Shown one piece after another: positions 28,345 to 41,085 of a stretch of 64,000 nt of DNA (the first letter of the stretch is position 1; each line of letters opens with the position of its first letter). The stretch comes from Chrysomallon squamiferum (lineage: Eukaryota; Animalia; Mollusca). The position numbers and the translations under genes are program-made. The stretch is from NCBI GenBank assembly GCA_012295275.1, contig CM022665.1:23746001-23810000 (forward strand), given 5' to 3'. A model generated the notes under the pieces. That model saw nothing but the letters and a program-made list of their open reading frames with translations, did no database searches and had not been told where the DNA came from.

Positions 28345-29839
28345 TTTGTAATAATTGTTTTGTTTCTCTCATTTGTATACGTTTATACACCCTCCACTTA
28401 ATTCTTATTCTACACAATTTAATATTTAAGGAACAGATTTTTAAATATGTAATTAGTTTGTATGAATTCTGAATATACTGAATAACTCTTTAGTAGCCAT
28501 TAGTTAAACCCAGTACACAGTGACGTTGGTGATAAAAGAATAATTGCTCAGAAATCGCTTATTCGAAGACCGTTATCGTTATCTTAGAAAAGGTGCGAGT
28601 GTGAGTAATGTAGCAGACGTTTATTTCCACGTACTTGTAAGCAATTGTCCAGAGTTCATTACGAAAATAACCTTTTCAGTGCAATTTTTATATAACTAAG
28701 ATCACCAACGACGCAAATTTCAGTTTCACTTATATTTTAGTTTTTATTATTATTATTATTAATGACATTGTTAATCATGACATCAAATAGCCGTGCAAAT
28801 AGAAATGATAACAAGAATTTTATTAAGCTTTTCGTAGTTTCCTCTGTTAAAATTACCTTATTAATTTATGCTAATACTGGACAACATTTCAGAGACGAAA
28901 AAGCAGATTAGTTCGCTGGTTAGGACATGAGGTCGATGGTTGACAGTCTCTGAAGTCAAAAGTTAACAAATAAACTAATTATCAACCACAAAGTTGTTAT
29001 TAGCAATAAGAATTCGTTTGACACATTATGTCATGGGTATTACAAATAAATAATATACAATAAATTTTTAAAATATATATTTACAATAACATCGGCCCAA
29101 ACCCTCTGGTTAAATCTGTGTGTCCTTCCGTTTGTCTGTCTGTTTGTTAATTTTTATAATTACGTTAGTGCAACACACTATCAATTTAAAAGTAGCATAA
29201 TAATTGTATTCAGACTTCAGCAGTACATTAACTGTTTCCATAATTCGGTTCCATGGCCCTTAAATCTAAGAGTTTCCCATTTCGATGAACTTTACATAGA
29301 GGAAAAAGCCTACAATGCGCAAGCGCCTGCTTAGTCAAAGACAGTAGTCTGAAAACAGCAGAGACCAATATGAACAGAGTAAAACAAAACTAACTGGGGA
29401 GTCAAAGAAGAAATAACACTAAAAGTAAATAAAATACACACAGGCGCCTATATTTCACTGATTAAAAAAAAAAAAAAAAAAAACTGCCTTGCAGACCATG
29501 TAAACCAATCGGATCTTTCTACTTCTCGAGACATTCATAATTCGGCAAAATGGAACTATAGAACAGAGGATCTTCTACGTCCCGGGCCAACACCAGATCG
29601 ATGCTTCTTTATGCAGGATAGAACATTATTATCAAGTCATCTTTGTCAGCATGATGGGCACCATTTAGTGCGCAGGCTGAACCATCATCTGTCCAACCGG
29701 ATTCCCAACCTTGTCTGTATTTCGACACCCTTGTGAGAGAGACTAGAATCTTGTGCTTCCACAAATTTGCTGCCATGTTGTTTTCTTTTAAGTGAAAATA
29801 CATTTATAGCAGAAGGGTCCAATTCGATAATAAAGAATT

Positions 29840-29871
<32 letters not shown>

Positions 29872-30305
29872 AAAGACACTAGTTTCATCTTTTATACTCA
29901 GATCACAGAGTCACATCTTACGACAGTTATTAATAAAATATCGTAAGGTGTAGATGAAGAAGAAAAAATATTTAAAAGAATAAGAAAAATATAAAGAAGA
30001 CAGGAACGACAGAAGTTCATATTCTACTGAAATCAAACTGGCCGAATTACAAATTCCCTCATTGTTTTTTTTTTTTTTTTTTTCTCCATATGCATTCTAA
30101 TCCTGTACATTGTATGTAATGCCTAACACCCATCCAAGCCCTACATACTGTGCGGGTGGTCCCTGTATAAAATATCAGATTAATAATCGACGTTTATAAC
30201 AGAGGTCGAGTCTGCAGAATCCTGTGTTTTGACTTTATGTCTAGTATAAACCAATAAAATAACTGAGACAAATATGCCAGGAGTTACCTTTTTGAAACTT
30301 ATCAA

Positions 30306-30354
30306 CCAATCATTGGTTTGTGTTCATTACAGTAGAGACGGAACAGTATATAAA
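30306..30354 (+). promoter_or_regulatory. Promoter of the duplicated cystatin gene
   Basis: Same CCAATCATTGG dyad (30306-30316) and a TATATAAA box (30347-30354) upstream of the ATG at 30441. The surrounding sequence has diverged from the parent promoter. Confidence 0.5.
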
Positions 30355-30440
30355 AAACAACAACAGCAGCGATGTTTCATTTGGGAAAGAGGTTACTCAT
30401 TATTTTATTTTATTTTTAGTCAATAGCGAAAACAAAAAAT

Positions 30441-30670
30441 ATGAAGGTTTTTATAATTTTGGTATTTTTACCAGCTGTTTCGGGAAGCCTGGGTGGATTA
30501 ATAAATGCTGATGTGAAAAGCAAAATAGTACAGAAAATGGCTAAAATTGCAGTGGCAGAGTTGAATTCGAAAGAAAATACCAACAGAAGACTAGTATCAG
30601 TAGTGTCAGCCAAGACAAAAGTTTGTATTAATTCTAATTTGTAACGTGATGAAAAAAAAAGTGTAAAAAC

Positions 30671-30701
<31 letters not shown>

Positions 30702-33585
30702 TTACATGTTTACAGAAATGGTATCTTAATAAATTCACTACACTTTGCAATATACCACACAAGTTTTTATTTACAGGCTTCGAACGCGTTTTGGAGTCTT
30801 GGAAAGTTTTGCAAATTCGTCGTAGTGTTTTCCAGGTCCTTAAAAGTTTTGGAAAATCAGGTTTTGTTACCTTGGTTATGGAAAAGTAAAGGAAAATTAT
30901 GTCCTTGCCGCAAATAAAATGTACGAAAATCTGGTTTGTTTCACCAATATTTAGCATCTACTCAAGCCCCGTTTTAGCCAATGTGATGAGGTGCCGGTAT
31001 AGCCTAGCCAAAGAAAATAGTTCCGTTTTGGTAATGCTTCCATTTTAGCCCATTTTAGCCAGATCACGAAAGTTTAGCTCAGGCTATCTGCACAGGCGCG
31101 GGATGCGCATATTGCTAAAAAAAAAATATATATATATATATTTCGTTTCTTGTATTCCAATTTTTTAAATCTGTTTATTAGCAACAGGTACTTGTTGTGA
31201 TAGCGTTAAGTGGTCGCTGTAATTGATTGGTTCACTCCCACTTAGCCTAAAACTTTAAAAATCTGTCTCCCACATAGCCAAAATGATGTTGGGATACCTG
31301 GGTCAGTTGACATTTCCAAGCTTTTGAACAAGATGAAGAAGAGAAAAATATAAGAAAAAGAAGTATCGTGACATTGAAAACAAACTTCAAAATCTGTTTT
31401 CAACAAGGACACGTGCCAGTTCAGGACTATGCCGATGCAGCTTCATTCTACTTTAACTTTTGAATTGTTTCAATGCACATGTTTGAGAACCTCTTCACCG
31501 CTGTTAGTGGATGAAAGAATGAATAAATCATTTGTGTTGGTGTCGAAATGAAGGTGTTTCCAGGTGTTTTATACACTATTTGAAATTGAAAATAAAATTC
31601 ATGTATAACTAATAAAGCGCACCGTTATATAAACTGCCCTCTGATATATATATATAGTCTGAAAAATGTAAACCCAACACAACAATAAATCCAGCTGAAA
31701 TCTTTTAATACACCAAACATTTTAATTTTTAACATTGTATTAAATATAGTGATCAGCTAAAATGGCGCAAGTGAAAACCCGCTGGGTTTATTCCCAATTT
31801 ACAGCAATACGTCACATTAATGACGTCATTGTAGTACACACAGATATAAATAAACATTACCCCGTTGCTTTGTCTGTGTGTTGTGGAGGGGATCTTCGAG
31901 CGTTACCTTATATTTTGTATAGTTTAGCATTAGGGATCTAGGTGGGTGTTTAAGTTTGACAAAAATAACATTGTGTAATATTTGACCGGCGCCTTGATGT
32001 TAGGTTTATTTTTGAGTTTAGGGTTAGGGTTTAGAGCGATGAAAAGAGGGGGAAACGTCTCAGTGTATTGAATTAGTGACAAAGTAAGCACAGTTAGGAA
32101 AAGAGACGTGTCCACTCAAAGAATAAAACTGCATTTTAAAACGCCAAAATAAATTATTTTAATTTTGTTTTTCCTTTATTACTAGTAATACTACATGTAT
32201 GCCATGCAGCTTAGTCAAGGCAAAAGTTTTAAATCTGACAAACGTGTTAAAACTGGAGAAAAAAAACAAACAAATACAAAACACTTTGTGGTAATTGAGT
32301 TTGCTTGGAAATTTGGATTTATAGGCTATGGAAAATTTTGGAAAAATTATGGAAATTTTGACAGCCAAAGGTGTACAAACCCTGTATTTACAAAGGTCAA
32401 ATCCATTTGACTGTTTTGTGAGATCAGTTTCATTTGATTTAAAACAAAGCTGCATATCACGAAAGTCTATCTGATACTCTATCTTGATTTCACTGTAGGA
32501 AAAGCACAAATAGTTAAGTCATCACCACAAGGATTAACTTGGTTATCACAGATCAGGTGACAGTTTTAAATCAACAGATTATTTAGTGCCAGATATTTTA
32601 GTCTTATGATTATTATTATTATTATTATTATTTTTCTCTTTTTTTTTTTTTTTTTCTTTTATTTCAGTTTCTTTTTATCTTTTATATTTTAGCTTTTTAC
32701 TAAGACCAAAATATTTAAAAATTTAAAAAACAAAAAAAAAAAAACCTAATTATCCATTGCACAAACATGCTGAAACATTATTTTTGACATTATTTTGTTT
32801 ACTTCTTTATTCTGAAGAAGTTTGCGCAGGGAAGACCAATGTTATCAATTTTAGAAGCGATATTCTTCGTGTCGGCAATTATTATTATTATTTTTTAAAT
32901 ATAAACAGCGAGCGCTGCTAGTTTCGTATAGTTTTGCACCGACAGATCCGTGCCCAGGGCAAAGGGGAAATAGTCTCCGTTTCAAACAGTTTATTCAGTA
33001 ATTTTGTTAATCAGTAATAAATTTAAATCGTAAGTTGGTTTCAGTTATTTGCACTTAAAACGTAAGAAATCACTCATTTCTGTTTGACAGTGATTGTGAC
33101 TAGCCACTTATTTCCAGTTTGCTGCATAAATATTATTAAAAGTTTTTTTGATTTTTTTAAAGTTGTCAAAGATGTGCATTAACAAGTTTTAAGTGTTTTG
33201 GAACAGTTAGTGAAAACAGTTGTTAATTAATATGTACTAAATAATCAAAAACATTTTTCGATACTAATTTATTTATTTATTTATTTTTTTATGTTTCAAC
33301 AATTTTCAAAGAATTAATGTCAGAACTGATCTTTACCATTCTTTTACAGACTGTTTCTGGGACGAATTACTACTTTGAAGTCATCGTACGCAATGGCGAC
33401 AGTGTAAGCTGCTAGTCATTTTAAAAACTGCATTTATCAAGATACTGAATATTAATAATGTAATGGTACATTAAGCTGAATGTTTTGTGAATAATCCCGC
33501 TCTTATCGACTGATTATCTGGGTTTCAATTATTAACGTACAGTATCTGATGTATCAGATACTACCACTGCTACTATTACTACGTG

Positions 33586-33620
<35 letters not shown>

Positions 33621-35323
33621 ATAATAATAATAATCATAATCATAATAATAATATTAATTATTATTATTATTATTATTGTTATTATTATTATTTTTGTTGT
33701 TATTGTTATTATTATTATTATTAAGCTTAAATTTTACATGAAATTCAGTTAGATTTAAATAAATTAAATTCACGTGGATATTTATATATATATATAAACT
33801 AATTTAAGGTTCGTTTTATTTCCAGGAAGAAAAATGTAATCTTGAACTTTGGTCTCAACCTTGGTTAAACAAGATTACACTTACCAAAAGTAGCTGCGAA
33901 TATACTGACGACTGTGTTAAGAAAAGGAGTGTTCATGAATCAGATGATTTCATTGAAAATATCCAGAAAGCAGTTGATTTTTCAGTTGATGCTCTTAATA
34001 AGAAATCCATTTCAGCAAACCGATTAGTTGCCAATTTACTGACCAGTGTTCATCACCAGGTATTATATCAAAGACGTTTCTTTTTGTCCTTCTTTCTTAA
34101 AATAATGCTTTAAGATTCAGTTAACATTGCTAATCATTAAATCAAAATAGATGATAAGACAGAGATAAATTTCAGAATCATTAATGTTTTAAATGATATA
34201 TTCGTTTTGGCCATAATATATTGACTAATGTTAGATATCAAATATTTGTAAAATTTTAAAAATGGATTTTTTGTTTTGTTGTGTTTTGTATTATATTAGA
34301 ATGCGAAGCAGTCAGCTTATTATATTAAAATAGAATTCGTTCTGAAAATTGAACACATGCCAATTTATTTTGCTATAAATTTCAAGTGTTCAAAATGTTC
34401 CACTTTAGTAAATTTTATATATATATATATTGTGATTTAGTCTATAGCTGGATTGAGGTACACTTTTACTGTACATCTGGTTGAGACATCATGCAGAAAT
34501 AGTGATGCAAACAAAGGAAAGGGACTAGGGGAATGTCCTCAGACAAACGGTGGCATGGTTAGTGTTGTTGTGATAAAATAATACTTTTTTTCTGTCTCGG
34601 ATCAATTCCTCCATTACATAAATTTAATTTTGTTTGATAACTCTAAAATGTAATTATTAAGCATTCTTATAGTTAAACACACACACACACCTGAAATGTA
34701 ATTAGGTGTTATTAATCATTCTTATAATTAAACACACACATACACACCCACACACATTTGATTTATAAACAGTTTTATTAACGTAGTCTGTATGACATCA
34801 AACAGTTGATGTAAAATTTGCTGAGATGTTGTTAAACGTACAAATATTCATTCATTTTGCTTGTTTACTTATTTTTCAAACAGAAACAGATTTGCGAAAT
34901 GGAGGTTATTTTCCATTCTTGGAAACTTCCACATTACACTCTTCTGAGTGACAACTGCAGGCCAGTTCAGGTAATTTAGTGTAAATAAATGTTTGGATGT
35001 ATTTTTAAATTTCTTATTTAATATTTCAGTGTGCACAGAGTTCTGTCAGTAAGAATAAATTTGTAATTAAAATATTTGGATATGTTTTTGTTTTAAGTTT
35101 AAAGTTATTTAAATGTTAATGTCACTGGCATTAACAGTGACCTCAGGTTAATAAGATAATTCACTATTAGACAAAAAATATAGAAATGATAACACTAATT
35201 GCTTGCATAAGAATAATGATTTTATTTTTATTTATTCTGCTCTAGAATAACTAATTTTAGAAGTTCATTAACATTTAATTATGTGCACACTTAAAGCATT
35301 TTAAACAGGTTCGTGGTGAATGA
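30441..35323 (+). CDS. Secreted two-domain cystatin-like protein (228 aa), derived from an inverted partial duplication of cathepsin F
   Basis: Exons 30441-30620 (MKVFIILVFLPAVSGSLGG...SAKTK), 33350-33403 (TVSGTNYYFEVIVRNGDS), 33826-34059 (EEKCNLELWSQPWLNK...VHHQ), 34441-34557 ([18 protein letters not shown]...GGM), 34884-34970 (KQICEMEVIFHSWKLPHY...PVQ), and probable last exon 35309-35323 (VRGE*). All introns are GT-AG and phase 0, with no internal stops. Exon sizes 180/54/234/117/87 match the parent's 189/54/240/117/87, and the cysteines are kept. AATAAA occurs near 35515 and 35534. Confidence 0.8.
30774..32384. mobile_element. Old TA-flanked TIR element (MITE-like), probably with nested insertions, in intron 1 of the cystatin duplicate
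   Basis: Reads TA|CAGGCTTCGAACGC ... GTGTACAAACCCTG|TA (imperfect 14-bp TIR). Multiple TGGAAAA subterminal repeats at both ends (30800-30900 and 32305-32360). Confidence 0.55.
33560..33722. repeat. Compound (CTA)n(ATA)n(ATT)n microsatellite
   Basis: Directly visible; intronic. Confidence 0.9.
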
Positions 35324-35370
35324 GGATAACTTCATCTGGAAGTCAAAGATTGTTAGTTTGGTCATTTAAT
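34465..35370. repeat. Near-identical inverted repeat arm matching about 18095-17170
   Basis: Reverse complement of the parent from exon 4 into intron 5. About 3 differences in the ~340 nt after exon 5; indels around the (CA)n tract. Confidence 0.9.
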
Positions 35371-35552
35371 TTTTTTTTTTTTTTTTTTTTATATTTTTAC
35401 AGTGAACTCTGTGTGTTTGGGCAGTTAGCATGTGTCATCGATGATAGTAACAGCTTCACTGAGAGAGTTTTTTTTATTTATTTCTCTTCTTACATGTCTA
35501 AATTACTTATGATAAATAAATTAACATATTAAGAATAAAATAATTTTGACCT

Positions 35553-35554
<2 letters not shown>

Positions 35555-35621
<67 letters not shown>
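35555..35621. repeat. (CT)n microsatellite
   Basis: Directly visible in the sequence. Confidence 0.95.
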
Positions 35622-35624
<3 letters not shown>

Positions 35625-38600
35625 ATTTTGTATTTACCTTTTTACTTTTAATATAACATACTTTTACTTTTCTTTGCTTTCTATTTTTCTAATTTTTAGC
35701 TTGGCTTTACTAATTTTGTAGTAGAAAAAAACCCAAAAGCAAATATACATTAAAAAAAGGAGAATGTCAAATAGATTTCCTCATAATCTTGTTGAAATTC
35801 TCTCTTCACAAAAATGAAATTTTTTAAAATTATTTTAATTAAATACTTCATCCGGTTCAGTTTTATTTCACTATACAACAAATCAAAATTACATATTCAG
35901 GAATCACATCGTATATTCTGTTACCACAGTGATTCGTTCTACATAGTAAATTAAACCATATAGATATAAAACTAAATCGCCGTATAAGATACTGAATCTA
36001 TGTTATTTACAAATATGCTGTGCACAGAAAACAACTCATCTCATCAGCATATAAAATCTAATAACTGACCAATAACCCTAGAAGCTTTAATTTAAAACGA
36101 AGAGTACAAGTTAAAAAGAAGAAGAAGACGAAGAAGACGCGCATTAATAAGTCTGCCAGTAAACAAACGGAACACATTAGTATTCATGGACATTAAATTA
36201 TGTACACACCTTAGCTGGAGGCGATGAACATCAGCGGTTTCGATAATATGCTTCGTCGCTTATAACTGAATAATGATGCAACCTTATAATTAATTATTCT
36301 GTTATAATAATTAAATTTGTTTCGCTTTTACCGTATGATGTAATTTTCTTTTAACAGTTCTATTCTTCAGTATACAATTAAATTAAATTTTCAATATTCA
36401 TTAAGATACTGTTATTTTTATTTTATTTACTTCTTTTTTCTTTTTTTTTTTTATTAATCTTCAGTTTATTAAATTAAATACACTTTTTGAAGTTTTAAAA
36501 GTTACTTAAACGTGCATTAAACTAACCGCCTCTTGTAAAATTAAAAATATCCCCATTTCTCTTATTAAACATCCATACTGATGGAGTAGTACGTATTTTT
36601 GTTAATGTTACCTATTATTAGTTATCTATTTATATGTGTATGAAGTATCACTTGCTAAATTAAAATCATCTGATTTACAGAGGGCTCACTTTCTAATATC
36701 ATATTTCATGCCGAACAGTAACAGCCTGAGAAAATATATGATTTTAGACTTTTAAATTACTTGCTCATAGCTTAAGAGAATCAACTAAATTATTAAAATA
36801 TTTACCTCTGTTACAGTTATAATTCTTAAACAAGTGAAAATACGTATTTAGCCGTTCTAAGCCACAGTTGTATTACATTTAATTTATCAACAGTAGGTGT
36901 CAGCTTCTGATACAAAATTTAATGATTTTATAAACTTGGGTAAAATGTCAAAGTCACTGATGTACCACGTCATTAAATTATACAGAAAAAAATAAAATAA
37001 AATAAAATAAAAAAATTGTTTCGTTCTAGTCATCAGTACACAGTGACAGCATGTTATTCAGCGTGTAAATAAATATAACTTTCAATATATAAATATATAT
37101 TCAGTACAACATGCTCTTTACCAAAACAGTCGTGTTAATAATATACCAGTCATTCACATTGAAACATTAGTCAGTTTTTGTAAATGAAAAATGAAGAAAA
37201 CTGATCTGCTTTGTAAATAACTCAGTTTGTGTTAGACTGTGGCTGCGAGAGATTGTTGTATTAAACAAATTTTGGCCTTAGAGTATAATGGTGCTAAGGA
37301 CCTCGGAGTGACCGGTCACAGACAGGTAAAAGCGAAAGCCTGTTTAACTGTATGTATGTAAATAACAAGTAATTCATCGAAGTAAATATTAGTTCCATAT
37401 GTATTATTATGTAACTACGTAGCCTGTTCACCGAGGGAAAATACAGGAAATATTTCAGGACAGTTTTATATCAAAGGAACCACTCGTAAAAATGACAACC
37501 AAAAGAAAGTCATCGCGATGTTAAATTATTTATTACGTTTTCTTTTCTTTTTAAAATAGAAACAAACAAAAAAAAAAAAAAAAAAAAAAAGTAAAAAAGG
37601 TCAAGTATATTACATTTATATTTTATTATGGTCCCTTCCGCTACCACCTTTCATTCATTTTTGGTTGTGATCTATTAACTGCCAGGTAAGCGACGGTAAT
37701 GTTGTTTAAGGGTTTTTGTTGTTTTTTAATTATTATTATTATTTTGTTACGCCTGATATATGGAATAGAAGCTGAGAAAATGACTTACAGACTTTATTTA
37801 AAAGTTTTCTCATAATTTCCTATTAATTAAGATGTTTTTTTCTACATTTGCCATGGTGTTCTTTAACGATGCCAAAAAGTATTCATACAGGTCAATTCAT
37901 GTCATTTAATCAACTTTATTTATTAAATAAATAATTACGCATAATGTTTGGTTTATTTGTTTGTTATTGTTGTTTTTTTGTTCTTTTTTTTTCACATCTT
38001 AAAATTGGTGGCAAAATGTGCTTCTTATCGTGTGATGCATTTTCTTAATCTATGTAAATTTATTTGGATATATCTTGTGCAAAAACAAACAAAAGAAATA
38101 TAATTTTACTTATTGATAATTTAACGATTGCACTTTGCCCGATAGAACCAAATGTTATGCTATTTCTCAAAAAGTATATACAACTATTAATAATATTCCA
38201 TTGTGGTTTTGATAGTATTCTATTGTTTTATCGTATATTTTTAATTTTCGTGAAGCATCAATGTTTAGTATTTATTTATATATATTGAAAACATTTTTTT
38301 TTTTTTTTTTTTTTAATTCGCCCATTTCAAGAACAATGACCCAGCTATGCATTTTTATCAGAACTGGAACTGGTCGAGTTACACCTGTTGGGTGACGTAA
38401 CGACCACCCTTTTGCAAACTGATTATTAGCAAATATTGTTTAGTTTTATTTCATAATAAAATCTCAAATTTCAAAACTTAAAATTGTAATAATAAACTTG
38501 ATAGTTTGCATTTGCTTCAGATGAATGCAAACCAAACATAAGCTTTGTTTGCATCAGTTGAGCTTTGATTCATTTTCCTTATATCGAAATACGGAAGGCG

Positions 38601-39444
38601 TTTTCATTAATGGGGTCGGGTCACACTGCATCCAATTTTGATGCTAAATCCGCAATAAACTATGCCGCCTATTACCTGGCGCATGGGGTCAAGATCATTC
38701 ATTCCAAGATAGATACACCCATAGAAGCAAACTTACGGAAATAAAACAATGATAGATTATTATTTAACTTTTCTGTGTGCTTTTTTTTTGTTTGTTTTTT
38801 GCTAATGATAATAAAATTTGATAAACTAACACTACTCCCCACTCGCTAAAACGGAAGTACAGGCCGACATGCGTATTTGCGCTTGCTTGGATGATGAGTC
38901 ATCGAGCATCGAGCTTGTTGCGAGATGGGCGGGGTCACACTTCTTATTTATTGTGCGATAATTATCCGCCTTTAATACTGCGCTTCGAAACCAACAGAAA
39001 AACCGGTTTCGCTAGGGCGTCCTCGTTGCGCTTTCCATGAATCCGGCATTCATTTGTGATGCGAAATGGTTATTCGTTATTTAGTACAATATATTTATGG
39101 TTAATTTATGATAAAATTTAAGTTATAACCAATATTTTGTTAAAATCACTGTAGATTTGAGAGAGATAAAAAAAAATATATATTTAAAAACACTGTAATG
39201 CAGATTCAGCTGCTGACAGAATATTACCTGCAATAAAAATTTGTCACGATTCGTTGCATTCCTTATGTGTATCAGTTATTTGGTTTCAAAACTGAAAAAC
39301 AAACAGAATTCTGATTACCGTAATGTTTATATTTTATATTTTTAAGTGATGTTACATGGAAGAGGTGGATCAGTTATATGCACATTATGTTTTAAATATG
39401 CGTATGTGTGCGTATGTATTTGACACAGTGGAAATTTCTTAAAG

Positions 39445-39499
<55 letters not shown>

Positions 39500-40141
39500 A
39501 TTAAGTATTCATTTACGTTTAACATAATTTTAATGAGTGTTAGATTTACAAATTTATTAGCTAGTGCAGCTTATACATCTTTTTCCCTAATCTGAGCTCT
39601 TTTTAGTAATTAGCATCAAAATATCTATGATACACCTTGGAGCATTGTTGGAATGGGAAATAGGACAGTTAGTGAAATGGTTTGATTAACACGACACACT
39701 TCAGTAATATAACAATTAATACAGTCAGTGACTGGTGGTCACTGGAAGATAAGTTATCAAGTGTTACTGTACATCTGTTATTTCAGGTGACATGATAATA
39801 CTACCTATTCCTTAATCACAAAACTGCATCATATGATGGTCTTAATATTAAAATCTACATTTTTTTTAATTGTTATCTTTTTTATTTATTTATTTATTTA
39901 TTATTTTTTATTATTCAAGTTTTGACTACTTGTTAGGTGTGCATTAAATTTCCGTTTCTTTTCTTAAGTAACTGATATATTTTTTTTTGATTTTTTGTAA
40001 CATATTTTAAAAAAATAAAATAAAATAAACATATCCAGAAAAATGTCTTAAAATTATGTATTTAAATTAACAGATAATTCCGTATCTTTAAATATTTTAA
40101 CTTGCAATTGTAAAATAAAAAATATATATATATATTTAGAG

Positions 40142-41049
40142 TTAAATTTCATAGATTTTGTAAAGATTTAAATTTATTTTGTTGTTTCAGAGCTTGTTGA
40201 CTGTGACAAGTTGGATGAAGGATGTGGTGGAGGACTGCCGTCCAATGCTTACAAAGCCATCATGAAATTAGGTGAAAAATCACAAAACCTCACAATTTGA
40301 AAATGTTTCTTTTTTCATAACACTCAGTGAGCTCTTTTAAATAGCATACAGAGTTTAATAAATATAAATCAGTGTGAATAGTCATTGTAGTTAAAAAGTA
40401 TTTTACAAAACATTTATCCATTTATGTTTGAATTGTTATGTATACACAGTTATGTCTTTGTGAACAGGCACTGAAATTAAAAAGTATTTTGTAAAATATT
40501 TATCTGTGTGTGTTATGTATACACAATTATATCTTTTGCTGTGTTTGTTATGAATTGTTATATATAGTTATTTTTTATGAATTGCTGGTGGGCTGAAGTA
40601 TTTTATGTGAAAGTGAGATTATTCATTTAACCGTGTTTTTTTAATTGTTACATTTACATATTTACTTGTTTTGTACAATGAAATGATTATAAAAAGAAAT
40701 AACTTCTGTCTACAAAATAATAAAAAATAAAAAGATATCAAAAAGGAAAATGTGATGACAAATTTTTTTAGAAATGGGTATTAAGTTGTTTTGATTAACA
40801 AGATTATGTGAGAGTGTTTGGCAGATATTCTGATTATGACATTATTATTTGATAATCTATCCAGATGTATGTAATTTTTCATTGCTATTTGTCTTTCAAA
40901 AAAGATCTTGTCTATTTAATTCTGTAGTAAAATCATCATCTTGTATCTCTGCAGTCCACATCACAAAAACTCAGAATGGCTCTTGATTAAGAAGTCTGCA
41001 GTTAATTTCTCATTTCAGCATTTCATTATTATTATTATTATTTTATTTT

Positions 41050-41085
<36 letters not shown>

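Noticed and set aside
32018-32034. TTAGGG telomeric repeat
   Set aside because: Only 2-3 units, inside a TE-like region; not an interstitial telomere array.
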